Of a stretch of 64,000 bases of DNA, positions 54,607-64,000 are shown one piece after another (positions within the stretch are counted from its first letter, which is position 1; each line of letters opens with the position of its first letter). The position numbers were made by a program, and so were the translations under genes. The stretch is from Candidatus Poribacteria bacterium (GTDB lineage: Bacteria > Poribacteria > WGA-4E > WGA-3G). The notes beneath the pieces were generated by a model, which was given only the letters and a program-made list of their open reading frames with translations, was not told where the DNA came from and ran no database searches. The stretch is taken from NCBI GenBank assembly GCA_009841255.1, contig VXMD01000038.1, positions 6,177 through 70,176 on the forward strand, read 5' to 3'.

Positions 54607-56593
54607 ATTTCTCAACAATCTCGCAGTCAGGGAGCGATTCTAAGAATTGTCTCCCATAATTCGCCGTTCTAATCCGCGGATCAAGAATCACAACAATTCC
54701 GTTGTCGGTCTGTGTCCGGATGAGCCGTCCAAATCCTTGCTTTAAGCGCAATATCGCTTCCGGTAAACTGAATTCAAAGAACTCGTTGCCGCCGGCTTCC
54801 TTAATCTGTTTCACACGTGCTTCCATCACCGGGTGTGTCGGAACTTCAAACGGGAGTCTTGTAATAATAACATTACTGAGTGATGCCCCGCGAACGTCAA
54901 CACCTTCCCAGAAACTGGAAGTCCCAAATAGGACGGAGTCTGTATCCTCACGAAACGCCTGAAGCATTGCCGTTCGCGAAAGTTCGCCTCCCTGTTTGAA
55001 AGTCTCAATCCCGATTTCCTCCAACTCAGGTGCGACAGCGTCGTAAACTTCGTCCATCATTTTGTAACTTGTAAAAAGGACAAAGGCTTTACCATGGGTC
55101 AGCTTGAGGTAGTGTTTAATTTTCTCAATCGCTGCCGACACATATCCATAACTCCTCGGATCCGGCATATCGCGTGGGATATGGATCTGGACTTGCCGTT
55201 TAAAGTCGAACGGCGACTTTACAAGCAGTTCACGGCACTCATTTATACCGACCCGTTTTTTAAAGTAAGCGAAGTTACGATTTGTAGCAAGTGTGGCACT
55301 CGTCATCACAACGCTATTTTTTATTGTGAACAGCTGATCTTGCAACATCTGATTCACATTCGCGGGTGTGGCATTGAGAAGGATGCGCGGGGTTCGTCCC
55401 CGCGTCGATATATCCGCCCAATAGACATAATCAGGATCGGTTTGTCGGATGATCATATCCAATTCGTCTCGAAGGCGTCGACAATAGTGTTGATGCGCCA
55501 CAATTTCCTGTTCATCATCGTCCGTCATGGCATCGTCGCGGAGACGTTTCAAGGTTTTTTCTATATCAACAAGAGGAGCATCCAGTACATTTTTGACGAA
55601 ATTGCTTTTATGGATGCGCGGCGTTAGGGTATTACCGTTCACTTCGCTACCGGTATCTTCTTGCATAGCCTCTATAATCGTTCTGAAGAGGACATTTGCC
55701 TGTTCGCGCGCTGTTTGCGTCTGAGTTTTCAAATGTGGTGAATTGAAATGTTTCGCTAAGCCGTCTTCACTCCGTTCATTATATAGAGAATCCAAGAGCC
55801 ATTTGACGCGAGTATTGCTGAAGTCGATGCTAGCGTGATTCGTGGCTGTCGCTTCCAAGTGGTGTGCCTCATCAATGATGAGATAATCGTAATCAGGTAA
55901 TACCCCCATAGCCGCCTCACTATTTTTTCGAATTGCGAGATCGCTAAAGAGTAAATGATGATTTACAATAAGCAGGTCGGCGTTGTACATTTCTCTTCGG
56001 GCTTTGAAATAGAAACAAGTATCATAAGTCTCACAATTACGTCCGAGACAATTATCTCTATCAGAAACGACCTTATCCCAAACCTGCGCTTGAGGTTGCC
56101 AAGGCAGGTCAGCCCTGCTGCCATCGACTGTGGAATTCACCCACGCTTCAATTTCTACGATCTCTTCCACCTCTTCACGCGTATCAAACAATCCGCGCTC
56201 ATAACTCATCAGATTTTTGAGTCTTCTCCGTGAGAGGTAATTACGTCGTCCCTTTGCCAGAACAACATTAAAATCGCGTGGGAGGACACGCTGAAGAAAA
56301 GGAATATCTTTCGTGACGAGTTGCTCTTGTAGGCTAATTGTATTCGTCGAAATAACGACCTTCTGTTCCGACTTCAGCGCGAGGGAAATCGCAGGAATCA
56401 AATAAGCAAAACTCTTACCAACACCTGTCCCGGCTTCAACAATCAGATGCTCAGATGCCGTAAAGGCACGAGCCACTTCGTGTGCCATTTGCAATTGTTC
56501 TTGTCGAAACTCGTATGCCTCAAGTTGTTGGGAAATGAGGCCGCCGGGACTAAAAATTTCTCTGAGGGTGACATTTTCTGATGTTTGTGTCAT
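54605..56593 (-). CDS. dinG: DinG/Rad3-family ATP-dependent DNA helicase (FeS-cluster type).
   Basis: Walker A TGVGKS. DEAH box IIDEAHHLE. Four-Cys FeS cluster CLGRNCETYDTCFYFKARR. Confidence 0.85.
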   Translation of the reverse strand: MTQTSENVTLREIFSPGGLISQQLEAYEFRQEQLQMAHEVARAFTASEHLIVEAGTGVGKSFAYLIPAISLALKSEQKVVISTNTISLQEQLVTKDIPFLQRVLPRDFNVVLAKGRRNYLSRRRLKNLMSYERGLFDTREEVEEIVEIEAWVNSTVDGSRADLPWQPQAQVWDKVVSDRDNCLGRNCETYDTCFYFKARREMYNADLLIVNHHLLFSDLAIRKNSEAAMGVLPDYDYLIIDEAHHLEATATNHASIDFSNTRVKWLLDSLYNERSEDGLAKHFNSPHLKTQTQTAREQANVLFRTIIEAMQEDTGSEVNGNTLTPRIHKSNFVKNVLDAPLVDIEKTLKRLRDDAMTDDDEQEIVAHQHYCRRLRDELDMIIRQTDPDYVYWADISTRGRTPRILLNATPANVNQMLQDQLFTIKNSVVMTSATLATNRNFAYFKKRVGINECRELLVKSPFDFKRQVQIHIPRDMPDPRSYGYVSAAIEKIKHYLKLTHGKAFVLFTSYKMMDEVYDAVAPELEEIGIETFKQGGELSRTAMLQAFREDTDSVLFGTSSFWEGVDVRGASLSNVIITRLPFEVPTHPVMEARVKQIKEAGGNEFFEFSLPEAILRLKQGFGRLIRTQTDNGIVVILDPRIRTANYGRQFLESLPDCEIVEK

Positions 56594-56620
56594 AATCCGA
56601 ATCTATTTCTAAGTCTATCC

Positions 56621-57994
56621 CTAATTTCCGAGATTAACTGTTATCTTCTCCGCGCCATGACTGCTTTTAATGTTAAGGATTAATTCTTCGGCATCCTGCT
56701 TCGTCTGAAGAAATGCCTCAAAAGCCCGCACGTCCGTGATTTTCTGATCATTAATCGCAATAATAAGGGCACCAGTGGGTATCCTTGCCTTGTATCCAGG
56801 TGCCTCTACCTTAACCCTTTCAACAATAACACCACGATCTTCCTCGGTGAGGTACGTATACCTCTCAAAGTCGCCTGCCTCTAATTTTCGCACCGATAGA
56901 CCCAGCATTTCCCAAGCTACAGACTGAATTTCAACAGCTTGTCCCGTAAATTCAGGTGGCATTTCACCGATAGTCACATTGAGTATTCTTTCGTGCCCCT
57001 GTCTTAAAACCTTGATGACAGATCGCTCACCTACTTGTGATTCCGCAACAAGCATTTGGAACTCAACAGGTTTTATCACCCTTTTGCCATTGTATTCAAA
57101 AACAATATCGTTGCGTCGTAAACCGCCGAGATATGCTGGTGTATCTCTACCGATAGGCCTGACGCGAATGCCACCTTTCACCTCTTGCATTTTTACGCCG
57201 AGATAACCGCGGATGACTCGCCCATTCGCGATGAGCTGATCGCCGATGCTCTTAACGAGATTAATCGGAATCGCGAACCCCGCGCCTGCCATCGCTGGAG
57301 CCGGTGCATTTTCATTACGTCGAATGAGTGCATTGATACCGATCACCTCACCTCGGATATTCAATAACGGACCTCCACTACTCCCGGTATTAATCCAGGC
57401 GTCCGTTTGAATAAAATCTTGGTATCGAATAAAACTAAAGCCTTGGAGAATCGAACGACTTTTACCACTCACAACCCCTGTTGTCACGGTGTAATCAAGT
57501 CCAAATGGATTGCCGATAGCAATAGCGAATTGCCCCACCCGAACCTTCGAGGAATCAGCCAATGGAATGACAGAAAACGCTTCAGCTCGCTTAATTTTTA
57601 GGACCGCGACATCCGTGTTCTGATCCGTCCCGACGAGCTCCGCCTCAAGCCTACTACCGTCTAATAATGTTACAAGGATGTGTCTCGCATCATAAACAAC
57701 ATGGTGGTTCGTAAGAATGTAACCCTCTTTGCGAAAAATAAAGCCAGAACCAACGCGATTTTGAGATTGAGAATCTTCCATACCTCTGACTAAAACCCCA
57801 ACAATTGCGGGCTTACTCCGAGTTACGACATTCACAAACGCATTTTCAATAGAAGTCAACAGTTTCAGGTCGCTCTGTTGGTTAATCGGTTGGGCACAAG
57901 AAGAAACCAAGACCACAGTAGATAACAAAAGAATACAGAAATCTATACTTCTCCTCATCAAATCGTCCCCTTCGTCAAATGCTCTTAATATCAC
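56621..57994 (-). CDS. htrA: HtrA/DegP/DegQ-family periplasmic serine protease with two PDZ domains.
   Basis: TNHHVV, DVAVLK and GSSGGPLLNIRGEVIGIN. Two PDZ-like regions follow. Confidence 0.9.
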   Translation of the reverse strand: MILRAFDEGDDLMRRSIDFCILLLSTVVLVSSCAQPINQQSDLKLLTSIENAFVNVVTRSKPAIVGVLVRGMEDSQSQNRVGSGFIFRKEGYILTNHHVVYDARHILVTLLDGSRLEAELVGTDQNTDVAVLKIKRAEAFSVIPLADSSKVRVGQFAIAIGNPFGLDYTVTTGVVSGKSRSILQGFSFIRYQDFIQTDAWINTGSSGGPLLNIRGEVIGINALIRRNENAPAPAMAGAGFAIPINLVKSIGDQLIANGRVIRGYLGVKMQEVKGGIRVRPIGRDTPAYLGGLRRNDIVFEYNGKRVIKPVEFQMLVAESQVGERSVIKVLRQGHERILNVTIGEMPPEFTGQAVEIQSVAWEMLGLSVRKLEAGDFERYTYLTEEDRGVIVERVKVEAPGYKARIPTGALIIAINDQKITDVRAFEAFLQTKQDAEELILNIKSSHGAEKITVNLGN

Positions 57995-58151
57995 ACTCTA
58001 TTTCAGGAGGCACACGGACACTTTTTCCTGCTTTCAGAGAGGAGAGATGTCCTTGTGCAGTGTAATTGCAACCAATTAATCTGCCGCTAATCTCCACCTT
58101 TGTGTAATTTATTTTAACATAGTTTCCCTGAATTTGTCAAAGCGTTCTTCG

Positions 58152-59765
58152 CTACCGAAAAATTGCCAATTTCTCCAGATACGTGTAGGTCTCTCCCTTT
58201 GAAACAACTGAAATATGGCAGACATAAACACCTGGAGACACCGCCAACCCATAGGAAGTTTGTTGATTCCACCACGTCCGCCAGATACGCTGATCCCGCC
58301 TGTCAGCGACCCCTTCAATTCGCTTTATCAAATTACCACCCGAATCATAGATAAGTACCAGTAGGTCTGTTATATCTACATTCGCGGCAACCCGAAATTC
58401 AGTCAACCCATCTGAGCGTGCTGGGTTCGGAAACACAATCACATCTTCCCAAGCAAATGGCTGCGTCAAAATGATGGACTTCTCGACGGAGACCGCACCC
58501 AACGGATATCGCACTGTCACGCGGAGGGTGTTCTCGCCGGGGTATAATGGCACTGTTGCAGTATAAGTTTGCGTCTCTCGATCCAAAACCGCTAGCGTTT
58601 GACTTGGATAAACAATAACATCAATTGGAAAATCTGAACGAAAGGTCCCCTTAATTTCCAATTGATTCTCTTTGGTGCTCAATGGAACTTCCAATGTTAC
58701 TTGTGGAATCTGCCGCGTTGGATGAAACATAGCCGTGAGGAGACTGTCCATCGTAACGAGCACAAGTTGCGTTACTTTTCTCACCAAACCGAAATTAACT
58801 TTATCCACGGTATCGTTAGACGTGTGATAGAAAGGATTGGCATCGTAGTTTTGAGAATCCCGCCACGGCGTAGAACTCTCCGTTAAAGTGACAGCATCGT
58901 ACCCCCTATCCCAGAACGATTTGTGGGACGAGATATCAACGAATTCATCTTGAGACCGGCGAGTCTTTAGGCCGATATTATACCATGTGTTTGCAATTAC
59001 GAGAGCGCGGCTTATCCAGGCAGAATCGTTGTTGGTAACAATTTCAACAAGGTCTGTTTTCCAATTAAAACCCAACATGTCCAGATTAAAAACACCAACG
59101 ATTTTTCCGGGAGCAGGAACAGGATCACTCTTATCACTCCGTCCTATAGCGGAAGCCTCTCGAACATAGTGTCGACTCCCAAGGAAACCGAGCTCCTCGC
59201 CCCCTAACGCGATGAACCTTATCTCGTGTTCATATTCATAGCGACTTAAAAGGTAAGCGATTTCCAGCATCGCAGCGACACCTGTCCCGTTATCATTTGC
59301 CCCAGGGGCAGTGGACGTTAATGGATTCCAATTCGGTTCACGCACCGCTTGCGTGTCATAATGTGCACAGATGATAAAAACACGCTTGCTGGATGAAGTC
59401 GGTATCGCTGGTAGGACAGCCATTACGTTTCTGATACCCCCAAACACCTGTTCACTGACTTTTAGACGTGGAGAACGGCGAAACTCACGCATAATGTAAT
59501 GCACAATGTCGTCCGTTGCCTCGCGGTGGTGCGCGTTACGTGTACGGTGGGGTCGCAAGTTATATCCCGATGCGAAATTCTCCTGCAACGCCAAAACCTG
59601 CGCTTCAAGTGCCTCGGACTGCACTAACGTGAGCAGTTCATCACCACGACTCAAGGGGTGGGTGCCCTCTTGCGCCATAATTGGAAAAGGGATAAATACA
59701 ACGAGAAGGAAAATTATGTGTGTCTTTAGAGTCGCGTGTAGACCCCGTCTTAATTGCCTTGACAT
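58152..59765 (-). CDS. M28-family zinc aminopeptidase with a T9SS-type C-terminal sorting domain.
   Basis: ICAHYDT, GANDNGTGVAAMLE and GGEELGFLGSRHYV. C-terminal FPNPA...LIYDSGGNLI...GVYVCHI...KLAIFR. Confidence 0.8.
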   Translation of the reverse strand: MSRQLRRGLHATLKTHIIFLLVVFIPFPIMAQEGTHPLSRGDELLTLVQSEALEAQVLALQENFASGYNLRPHRTRNAHHREATDDIVHYIMREFRRSPRLKVSEQVFGGIRNVMAVLPAIPTSSSKRVFIICAHYDTQAVREPNWNPLTSTAPGANDNGTGVAAMLEIAYLLSRYEYEHEIRFIALGGEELGFLGSRHYVREASAIGRSDKSDPVPAPGKIVGVFNLDMLGFNWKTDLVEIVTNNDSAWISRALVIANTWYNIGLKTRRSQDEFVDISSHKSFWDRGYDAVTLTESSTPWRDSQNYDANPFYHTSNDTVDKVNFGLVRKVTQLVLVTMDSLLTAMFHPTRQIPQVTLEVPLSTKENQLEIKGTFRSDFPIDVIVYPSQTLAVLDRETQTYTATVPLYPGENTLRVTVRYPLGAVSVEKSIILTQPFAWEDVIVFPNPARSDGLTEFRVAANVDITDLLVLIYDSGGNLIKRIEGVADRRDQRIWRTWWNQQTSYGLAVSPGVYVCHISVVSKGETYTYLEKLAIFR

Positions 59766-59988
59766 AAGAATGAAAATTAGGTATCCTATTTAAGAATTGC
59801 TTCACATTATAACAGATTCCATTGGCATTGTAAATAGGAGAGAACCAAATCATTAGGACCATTCAATTTTCGGTTTTTGGGCATTTTCTGGGAATCATCG
59901 CGCCCGGGAGATTGTTTCTACAGCGGTGCGTCGGGAAGCTAAAGGCTTGTCTGCGTATCTCCAAAGCAAAAATAACTCCGAAAACGCA

Positions 59989-60008
59989 GCCTGCAACAAC
60001 ACGCAGGC
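59989..60008 (+). promoter_or_regulatory. Conserved hairpin GCCTGC-aacaacac-GCAGGC (copy 2 of 3), 67 nt upstream of the GTPase gene.
   Basis: AAAACGCAGCCTGCAACAACACGCAGGCGACTCAAACACGAAAAC. Confidence 0.4.
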
Positions 60009-60074
60009 GACTCAAACACGAAAACTGTCAAAGTTCAAACCTACTCCATTAAACCACAAGGAATCATTAAAAGA

Positions 60075-61028
60075 ATGCCAGCAAATCTACCCCCGACCTA
60101 CTATAAACTCAAACACCAGCACGAAGCCGCCAAAACGGACGAAGAGCGACTGAGCCTGTTAGAGGAAATGTTACGCATCATTCCGAAACATAAAGGTTCA
60201 GAAAAGGTGGTCTCTGATATCCGTCGTCGTATTGCTAGCCACAAAAGAGCTCCGTCAGAAAAAGGAGGCAAGGGATCCAGTAAAAGAACTCATAGCGAGC
60301 ATATTCCAAAGCAGGGCGCAGGACAGATAGTCCTCATAGGACCACCGAATGGCGGTAAATCACAAATTCTATCAAACTTTACGAATGCCAAGCCTGAAGT
60401 CTCGCCAACCCCCTATACGACGACTCTGCCAACGATCGGAATGCTACGCTATGAAAACATCCAATTTCAACTCATTGATACTCCTTCTATTCTGCTGGAC
60501 TTCATTTCCTCAACAGTCCTAACGCTCACCCGCAATGCTGATCTTGTCTTACCGATTGTGAGCCTCGCAAGCGATAACCTATTGGATGATCTCGATATGG
60601 TAGTAGCGTTCCTTAAGGAGACAGACTGCGACACCCCAGAAAACGGACATCTCGTTGTCGCCAATCAACTCGACGCGTCAGGAGCAGAGGAGCGACTGGA
60701 AATTCTCAAAGAATTCTACGACGATACGTTTCAGATTCATCCGATTTCTGCCGAAACCGGTGCAGGCAAAGAGACTTTATCGCAAGCAATCTATACGGAA
60801 TTAGACATTTTGCGCATTTATCCCAAGGCACCTGGCAAACCCATAGAACGTGATGATCCCATCGTTCTCCCGATAGGTTCAACCGTGCTTGACGCCGCTA
60901 TGGAATTACACAAAGATTTTGCCGAATTCAGGTTCGCACGGATATGGGGACCTCAATGGCACGATGGACAGTCTGTCAGTCGCAATGATGTTATTTACGA
61001 TGGGGATGTCGTTGAATTTCACTTGTAG
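60075..61028 (+). CDS. DRG/Rbg-like (Obg-superfamily) GTPase with a C-terminal TGS domain.
   Basis: G1 GPPNGGKS. G2 YTTT. G3 DTPS. G4 NQLD. C-terminal TGS-like ILRIYPKAPGK...VLPIGSTVLDAAMELHKDFAEFRFARIWG. Confidence 0.65.
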   Translation: MPANLPPTYYKLKHQHEAAKTDEERLSLLEEMLRIIPKHKGSEKVVSDIRRRIASHKRAPSEKGGKGSSKRTHSEHIPKQGAGQIVLIGPPNGGKSQILSNFTNAKPEVSPTPYTTTLPTIGMLRYENIQFQLIDTPSILLDFISSTVLTLTRNADLVLPIVSLASDNLLDDLDMVVAFLKETDCDTPENGHLVVANQLDASGAEERLEILKEFYDDTFQIHPISAETGAGKETLSQAIYTELDILRIYPKAPGKPIERDDPIVLPIGSTVLDAAMELHKDFAEFRFARIWGPQWHDGQSVSRNDVIYDGDVVEFHL

Positions 61029-61042
61029 TGCAGGTTGATATA

Positions 61043-62620
61043 ATGAGAAATAGAAAAACGTCCGTGTATTTAATATACTCGCTCATTATCCATGTTACAC
61101 TGCTATTCGTCATGTGGTGGGTGGCTCCACAGCAAGTTCCTGTGCTGCCGTTCTATGACGAGATAGAAGCTTCAATAACCCACGTCGAGCGACCACCACT
61201 CCCGATTAAACAACTACCCGTTGTTGAACCTATCCCACCCGTCGTCGAAAAAGAGAAGCCCAAACCACCCCCGAAACCGAAAGCAGGTTTGAGCACCGCT
61301 TGGCAATTAGAGAATCAAGACATATCAGAAGTTTCAAAACCCGAAACACGTAGACAGGAAAACGCAAAGCGAGCGCGACAGATCGGAGATGGATTATCAC
61401 AATTGAGTCCTGTCGTAGGCAAGTCATCTAACTATGCATCTGGAAGTCGAGTAGGGGTTGGGTTACCCAACCCCTACGATCAGCCAACGGTTGCGTTGCC
61501 TTCTACATCAGAAACAGACTACGTGGCACCGCAAGGAGAAACCAGCTCGGTTTCCTTAGATACCGATAGGACCCTATTAGATGGTACTTCGCCAACTGTT
61601 GACGCGCCGAAGATTCATTATGGCAGCGAACGTGGGGACGCGCTCCGAGCAACCGGCATGGGCAACTCTTGGGGAGGCGGTGGATCCTCTGGCGGAGGCA
61701 ACGTAGGTGGCATTTTCGTCTATATGATGAAAGACATCGCTCGGACACTCGCAGAAGCAAGCCTGACGAGAAAAGTTGATGTTGTTTTTGTGCTTGATGA
61801 AACGGCAAGTATGATAGATAACATCCGCGGGATTCGTGCATACGTTGATTTCCTCTTTGAGGCATTCGAGCGGGAAAATCGTGATGCCACTTTTGGATTG
61901 GTGACGTTCACGGATGAAACAAGGAAATATGGACGCACTGACGACCTCGGAACCTTCAAAAACTGGCTTTTTAAAATAGGCGTTGACGGCGGTGGAGACA
62001 TTGCAGAAGCCGGTTTAGACGGACTCATGACCGCGGTAACAGAGACTAAATTCCGAAAAGGCGCGCAGCGGTTCATTCTGCTCGCAAGTGATGGGGCTTT
62101 TCACGATGCCGATTACGATGGAAGGTCCATTTACAGTCTCGATCAGGTTATTGAAACGCTACAAAAGGCAGACGTCCGTGTTGATGTCATCGGAATCGAT
62201 TATTTACCGATCCGCCAAATCGCGCTTGCGACAGGGGGCACATGGCGAGCGATTCCCGGTAGAGGCTATCTGGAATATGTGCCGCCGCTCACATTGACGG
62301 TGAAGTTGTTCTCTAAATTGGGAACCCTCAACCTCGAAAACGGGCAGATGGACGATAAAATTACCGTCTACATCAATAACCCACCCCGGCCTAAGCACCT
62401 CACCTTGACATGGAAAGTCCTTAACCCCTTAGGAGAAAAGTGTTACGGCCCATTCACTGAGAAAAAAACCATTCCAGATGATGGTTCCTCAAAAGTGGAA
62501 CTCAGACCTGTCTTGGAGCGTGAGGTTTTTCAGACAATACCTGGGGTTTATACGATCATCTATCGACTTGAAAACGAACAAGGTCATCAAGGTATCCTGC
62601 GTCGGACACTCATGTTCTAA
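61043..62620 (+). CDS. Membrane-anchored von Willebrand factor type-A (vWA) domain protein.
   Basis: N-terminal TM (VYLIYSLIIHVTLLFVMWWV). Pro/Lys-rich linker. vWA with MIDAS VDVVFVLDETASM...LLASDG. The start is either ATG 61043 or GTG 61028, which overlaps the upstream stop. Confidence 0.7.
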   Translation: MRNRKTSVYLIYSLIIHVTLLFVMWWVAPQQVPVLPFYDEIEASITHVERPPLPIKQLPVVEPIPPVVEKEKPKPPPKPKAGLSTAWQLENQDISEVSKPETRRQENAKRARQIGDGLSQLSPVVGKSSNYASGSRVGVGLPNPYDQPTVALPSTSETDYVAPQGETSSVSLDTDRTLLDGTSPTVDAPKIHYGSERGDALRATGMGNSWGGGGSSGGGNVGGIFVYMMKDIARTLAEASLTRKVDVVFVLDETASMIDNIRGIRAYVDFLFEAFERENRDATFGLVTFTDETRKYGRTDDLGTFKNWLFKIGVDGGGDIAEAGLDGLMTAVTETKFRKGAQRFILLASDGAFHDADYDGRSIYSLDQVIETLQKADVRVDVIGIDYLPIRQIALATGGTWRAIPGRGYLEYVPPLTLTVKLFSKLGTLNLENGQMDDKITVYINNPPRPKHLTLTWKVLNPLGEKCYGPFTEKKTIPDDGSSKVELRPVLEREVFQTIPGVYTIIYRLENEQGHQGILRRTLMF

Positions 62621-62703
62621 CTTGATATGATCCATCACTACAAAAGCGACCTGTAGGAGAGAACTCGGATTCCCAATTTCATTCACATTAAACTAAAACG
62701 CAA

Positions 62704-62723
62704 GCCTGCAACAACACGCAGGC
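62704..62723 (+). promoter_or_regulatory. Conserved hairpin GCCTGC-aacaacac-GCAGGC (copy 3 of 3), 36 nt upstream of the M20 amidohydrolase gene.
   Basis: AAAACGCAAGCCTGCAACAACACGCAGGCGACCCGAATATAAAAAC. The upstream GACCTGTAG is shared with copy 1. Confidence 0.4.
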
Positions 62724-62758
62724 GACCCGAATATAAAAACCGTTAACTCACAGATGCT

Positions 62759-63976
62759 ATGACTTATCCGCAAGGTAAAATTAAAAAACAGATTTTTGAA
62801 CAGTGCCATCGTCATTTCAATGACATCGTTGCCATCCGACGCGACATCCATCAGTATCCTGAATTGGGATTCGATGTACATCGGACAGCAGGTATCGCTG
62901 CGGATGCACTGCAAGCACTCGAAATCCCTGTTAAGACGGGTATCGGTCGGACAGGTGTCGTCGGAGATTTAGAGGTGCCGGGCGCAACAAAGCGGATAGC
63001 CCTACGAGCAGATATGGACGCGCTCCCGATTCAAGAACTCACCGACGTTCCCTTTAAATCTAAGATTGATGGAAAGGCACACCTCTGTGGGCATGATGCA
63101 CACACGGCAATGCTTATCGGCACAGCCCGAATCCTTTCAGAATTCCGAAACAGTCTTAAAACACACATTCGATTCATTTTCCAACCGAGCGAAGAGGCAT
63201 TACCCGGCGGCGCACCAGCGATGATCGCAGACGGTGCGCTGGAAAACGTAGATGAAATCTATGGTATACACGTCTTTCCACTCTTTGCTGTTGGAGAGTA
63301 CGCTACGTGTTCTGGTCCAATGCTCGCACAGTCTGATACTTTTCACGTTACACTCACCGGCAGAGGCGGACATGCCGCGTTCCCGCACCTCACTGTTGAT
63401 CCAATTGTTATTGGTGCGCAGTTTGTGGCAGCCCTCCAGTCTATCATTGCGAGGAACGTGAATCCATTGGACTCGGCAGTGGTCAGTGTTACACAACTCC
63501 ACGGAGGCGATGCAAACTTGCAAAACGGGCTTACGGGTGCCGCCCTTAACGTTATCCCCCCTAAAGTCTTGATAGGTGGGACGGTCCGGACCCTCCAAAA
63601 AGCGGTGCAGACACGTGTCCGAGAACAATTAGAGAACCTGCTCGCGGGATTAGCAGAGGCACACGACGCAACTTATACATTCGACTACCGAGAAGGGTAT
63701 CCAGTAACATATAACCACGAACCGTGTGTTAACACAGCTATTTCCACAGCACAAGGGTTAGTTGGCGAGGATAATCTCATATTCCCAATGTCCCCAATAC
63801 TTGGCGGCGAGGATTTCGGATACTACTCACAGGAAATTCCCGCTTGCTTCGTGATGGTAGGTGCAGGCAATGAAGAGAAAGGGATTGTGAATATGTGTCA
63901 TCACCCACAGTTCGACATTGACGAAACCTCTATGATTTACGGTATGGCATTGCTCACAAATCTCGCGATGCGCTAA
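62759..63976 (+). CDS. M20D-family amidohydrolase (N-acyl-amino-acid/hippurate hydrolase-like).
   Basis: HLCGHDAHTAMLIGTA and FQPSEE. Confidence 0.85.
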   Translation: MTYPQGKIKKQIFEQCHRHFNDIVAIRRDIHQYPELGFDVHRTAGIAADALQALEIPVKTGIGRTGVVGDLEVPGATKRIALRADMDALPIQELTDVPFKSKIDGKAHLCGHDAHTAMLIGTARILSEFRNSLKTHIRFIFQPSEEALPGGAPAMIADGALENVDEIYGIHVFPLFAVGEYATCSGPMLAQSDTFHVTLTGRGGHAAFPHLTVDPIVIGAQFVAALQSIIARNVNPLDSAVVSVTQLHGGDANLQNGLTGAALNVIPPKVLIGGTVRTLQKAVQTRVREQLENLLAGLAEAHDATYTFDYREGYPVTYNHEPCVNTAISTAQGLVGEDNLIFPMSPILGGEDFGYYSQEIPACFVMVGAGNEEKGIVNMCHHPQFDIDETSMIYGMALLTNLAMR

Positions 63977-64000
63977 TACTCGGAGTTTTTGGGAAATCTG

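Noticed and set aside
59992-62712. TGCAAC inside the GCCTGC...GCAGGC hairpins as additional ECF-type promoters
   Set aside because: Eighteen nt downstream there is no CGTC(AC) -10 element (ACACGA, ATATAA and AGGAAT instead). I therefore treat these as a distinct element family.
1-64000. tRNA, rRNA, CRISPR arrays, integrase or recombinase genes, toxin-antitoxin pairs
   Set aside because: I scanned by eye for tRNA acceptor/T-arm signatures (GGTTCGAATCC-like), rRNA-like conserved blocks, short regularly spaced direct repeats and tyrosine/serine recombinase motifs, and found none. A computational tRNAscan or Infernal run would be needed to be certain.

Overview
Window content: a 64-kb bacterial chromosomal segment, about 50% GC, carrying roughly 55 protein-coding genes. 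I found no rRNA, tRNA or CRISPR. The gene content points to a Gram-negative envelope: Omp85/BamA-like barrels, HtrA, FtsH, and two secreted proteases ending in T9SS-type C-terminal sorting domains. I infer a non-proteobacterial lineage, possibly FCB group or a candidate phylum.

Housekeeping genes that I recognise:
- ftsH, folP and acpS in one block.
- A YigZ/IMPACT protein and a GcvH-like protein.
- A THUMP-domain RNA methyltransferase and an MqnA/MqnD-family gene.
- A DinG-like FeS helicase, HtrA/DegP, an M28 peptidase and an M20 amidohydrolase.

Main finding: I think the most interesting content is an unusual one-component signalling system. It is an ECF sigma factor fused through one TM helix to a large extracytoplasmic BNR/Asp-box beta-propeller (12299..15433). 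The C-terminus of a paralog sits at the window start. A strictly conserved ECF-type promoter motif, TGCAAC-N18-CGTCAC, occurs four times on the + strand, plus one decayed copy. One copy is upstream of the sigma gene itself (autoregulation). The others precede a TlpA-like thioredoxin carrying a novel duplicated 'EEWV' domain, a secreted protein, and a membrane-anchored PA14-domain protein that lies between two paralogous Omp85-family barrels.

Other notable content:
- A heterodimeric ABC exporter pair plus an orphan MacB/FtsX permease.
- An accessory island of four PhyH-family dioxygenase paralogs with an SDR, a NUDIX hydrolase and a LamG protein, interrupted by a decayed TnpB (IS200/IS605) fragment.
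- An orphan 1129-aa protein of unknown function ending in a winged-helix, followed by about 900 bp of AT-rich non-coding DNA.
- A beta-gamma-crystallin protein behind a perfect consensus sigma70 promoter.
- A flotillin with three tandem 88-aa repeats, and an M6-like metalloprotease.
- A DRG-like (archaeal/eukaryotic-type) GTPase paired with a vWA membrane protein.
- Two families of intergenic hairpin or inverted-repeat elements.

All functional calls rest on motif recognition by eye. I ran no database searches.
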